From NCBI RefSeq assembly GCF_009914755.1, contig NC_060927.1: a stretch of 64,000 nt of DNA; one strand, 5' to 3'. The notes beneath the pieces were generated by a model, which worked only from the letters and a program-made list of their open reading frames with translations, was not told where the DNA came from and did not search any database. The position numbers were made by a program, and so were the translations under genes. The stretch comes from the human T2T-CHM13v2.0 reference genome, Homo sapiens. Below, one piece after another: positions 61,538-64,000 of this stretch (positions are counted from its first letter, which is position 1; each line of letters starts with the position of its first letter).

Positions 61538-63269
61538 GATGGGTACTGTCCTTGATTTAAAAAATAGTTCTGTAATCACTTAGGCAAGGGATGATGAACT
61601 AGCCTAAGTAAAGTATTTGCACCGGAAATGTTGGGTTTTTACAAATCTGCTGGATTATGAGTAGATAAAAGCCACCCAAAACTGATAACTGGACTTTCCA
61701 GGAAAAAAATACTTGCTCAATAGTTCATTATAATCACTGAGAGCCAAGATAAAAATTGTCTCACTGAGAGACACTTTTGTTACAGACTCTCACTGAAGCT
61801 CAGAATCAGCATGAAAAATAGGACTGTTGTAGAGGTAAACTGAGTAATTCTATCTTGCCCAGTTTACATTTGACACCCAAAGAGAAAAAAATTAGGAATA
61901 AAAAGGTTTGCTTTTTCTTTGGAAATGATCCTTCCCTGGTCTGACTTAGCAAGGAACACTGCTATCTAATGAAGAAACATGGAGTGGTCAGCAATGAAAG
62001 ATAATGTCTATAAGACTCCTCCTTTGGGTCTGGCCCATGGTGGGCACTTTGTGATGTAATTACTGTCAGTAATAGGGCGGTAGTTTACCCAGGATGTGAT
62101 CACCACGGCATCCATCTAGTGAGTATGAGTGGGCATTTCTCCTGTCTGTGAGGGAGACAGAAGAATGCTGGGGAGGCACAAATGAACAAACACACCAAAG
62201 AATTCTGGCTCTAGAAACTGGGAAGGAGCTCATGGAGAATGCCTTGGAGGTTGAGTGAGTCAAATAGCCAGGCAGAGAGAGAAGGATGGGTGTTAGTGCA
62301 GGAGCGGGAAGCCATGAGTACCAAGGCCTGGTGATGGAAAATGTGCTCAGCTTTCGGTTAGGCAGGTTGTATGGCTGGACCATTGAGGTGACGTCGAAAG
62401 ACCAAAGTATCAATGTATTTTGGGACATATGTGTGACTGAATTGCATGCTCTGGTTCCTCACAGATGTTTAGAGCCCCATATAGCCAGATCCAGGCCAGG
62501 GTGCTTATCTCATGCATTTCTTGTGGGCCCTGGGGGGAATCACATGGAAGTACGCTCCCTCCCCTGTCTTCCCGCCCCCCACATCCCCCTCCTCCCATCT
62601 AAGCTAGGACAGTTTCTACACACCTTCTGGGAATGGGAGAACTAACATTGTTATCTCATTCATGTGGACAAGTGGTTCTTAAGATACAGTCGCTGAAATC
62701 CTAAGGTTCCTTTGAAAATGCCTCATGTTCCTTTGAAAAACAGTGTAAAATAAAGTGGGGAGGGAGTGGGAGCAAATGCCTATTCCCCATGTCAAAGACA
62801 GCAGGTCAGTTTTGGTCTGTTTTATGTATTGGTCCTTTGTATAATGTTTTCTCTGAAAAAAAAAAGGATTCTATGCCACCAAAACAAACAAACAAACAAC
62901 AATAAAACATTTTTATATCTGAATATTTTGAAAACCACAGCAAACTTGTGGGGTTGAGGGGAGGGAAGAGGGAAGAGAAGAGACAGGAGAGGTGAGTGCA
63001 AAAAGGAGGGATGTGAAAGGCCAGGTATCCATATCAATTGCCAGAATGATTGCTTTTGTAAAACAATAGGAATTGTTTTAAATCTGCTTAGGCAGAGGAG
63101 GGAAGTTCCAAATCTATAGCTAAATGTAACTTGGAATTTTAAGACTTTCACCTTCTGAAAGAAATGGAAGAATCTACTACATGGAAATATGGGAGAGAGA
63201 AGACGCACTTCTCTTAGCTTGGGCAAGCTGTAAATAGGCAAACTTCAATAATAATAGTATCTATAATTT

Positions 63270-63375
63270 ATTAAGATTATTATTTTAATCCATATTTCTT
63301 TCAAATAAGGAAACAAGTCTCAGAAAGTTAAGTAACATTCTACAAATCTCGCAGTTGGTAATAATAGGGGTAATT
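63270..63375 (-). mobile_element. MIR fragment
   Basis: caaataaggaaacaagtctcagaaagttaagtaac. Confidence 0.6.
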
Positions 63376-64000
63376 AATAAACTTAGAGATGGCTGATGGA
63401 GATCATGTAACATGTTTCCAACTGCTCCAAGTCCAATTTCAAGAGCAAACACTGGCTATGGGACCCAAGATCATTTGGTTACATTGGAAAATTCCACAGG
63501 AAGAACATCATCCACCACAGCTACTGAAATCTTTGGATCTTTTGTTTTATGACTCTTATCTCCTGTCTCCTATCCCCCCGGTGGACTACCATATAGTTTT
63601 TAAAGCCTTGAGAGGAATGAGATACGCCAAGCTTTTATATGCAAAAAAGTGTGGTTAATGGGGTTGTAATTACATCTTAATTATTATCAAAAATTTATCC
63701 TTATGCCAATCACCCTCAAAGCTTCAAATAAATATATTAAAACTTTTATCTTAAAAAAGATTTTTATTTGTAATCAAATATTCTATTCCATATAGTTCAG
63801 AGCCAATATCTATTTAGTTCTTTTTTACCCCTAATCTCTTAGTCTCAGCTAACTCATTTTTTAAATGGACATAATCAGGCCAGCTTCAAAGAGTGGTACA
63901 GCAATATTAACGTACATGTCTTTCTCCTCTACCTGATTATAAAGTTCCCGAATGGAACAGTTGTCTCACTGAGTTAATAAATTATTTCACTAGATTGAAG

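Noticed and set aside
62706-62739. Short direct duplication GTTCCTTTGAAAA (similar ones at ~28046 and ~46948)
   Set aside because: Ordinary slippage-type microduplications with no sign of function.

Overview
This is human (at least hominoid) non-coding genomic DNA, mostly derived from transposable elements. The near-consensus AluYa5/Ya4-type insertion argues for human. I cannot support any host protein-coding exon, tRNA, rRNA or CRISPR array. Every long ORF in the track is decayed LINE-1 ORF1/ORF2, decayed HERV-L gag/pro/pol, Alu read-through or a chance ORF. Layout: (1) 1-15.4 kb is an ancient minus-strand L1M hosting a full-length, inactivated L1PA3/4 and a 4.2-kb L1MA, which itself hosts an Alu. 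(2) 16-34 kb holds L1ME, Alu, L2 and MIR remnants, a MADE1, ERVL LTRs, an L1PB, an L1PA 3' fragment and a very young AluY. (3) About 34.4-40.3 kb is a nearly repeat-free island that looks like developmental cis-regulatory DNA, with four perfect octamer motifs. (4) 41-52 kb has an ERVK-class LTR with an unusual LTR-PBS-U5 remnant structure, HAL1, MLT1 and Alus. (5) 52.2-56.7 kb is a 277-bp tandem duplication whose second copy is split by a 3'-truncated MLT2A1/HERV-L provirus. (6) 57-64 kb has THE1, an Alu and L2/MIR remnants. I found no evidence of a new gene system. The best leads are odd retroelement junctions, a micro template-switch triplication and the candidate enhancer island. Subfamily names come from recalled consensus diagnostics and need RepeatMasker/Dfam confirmation.
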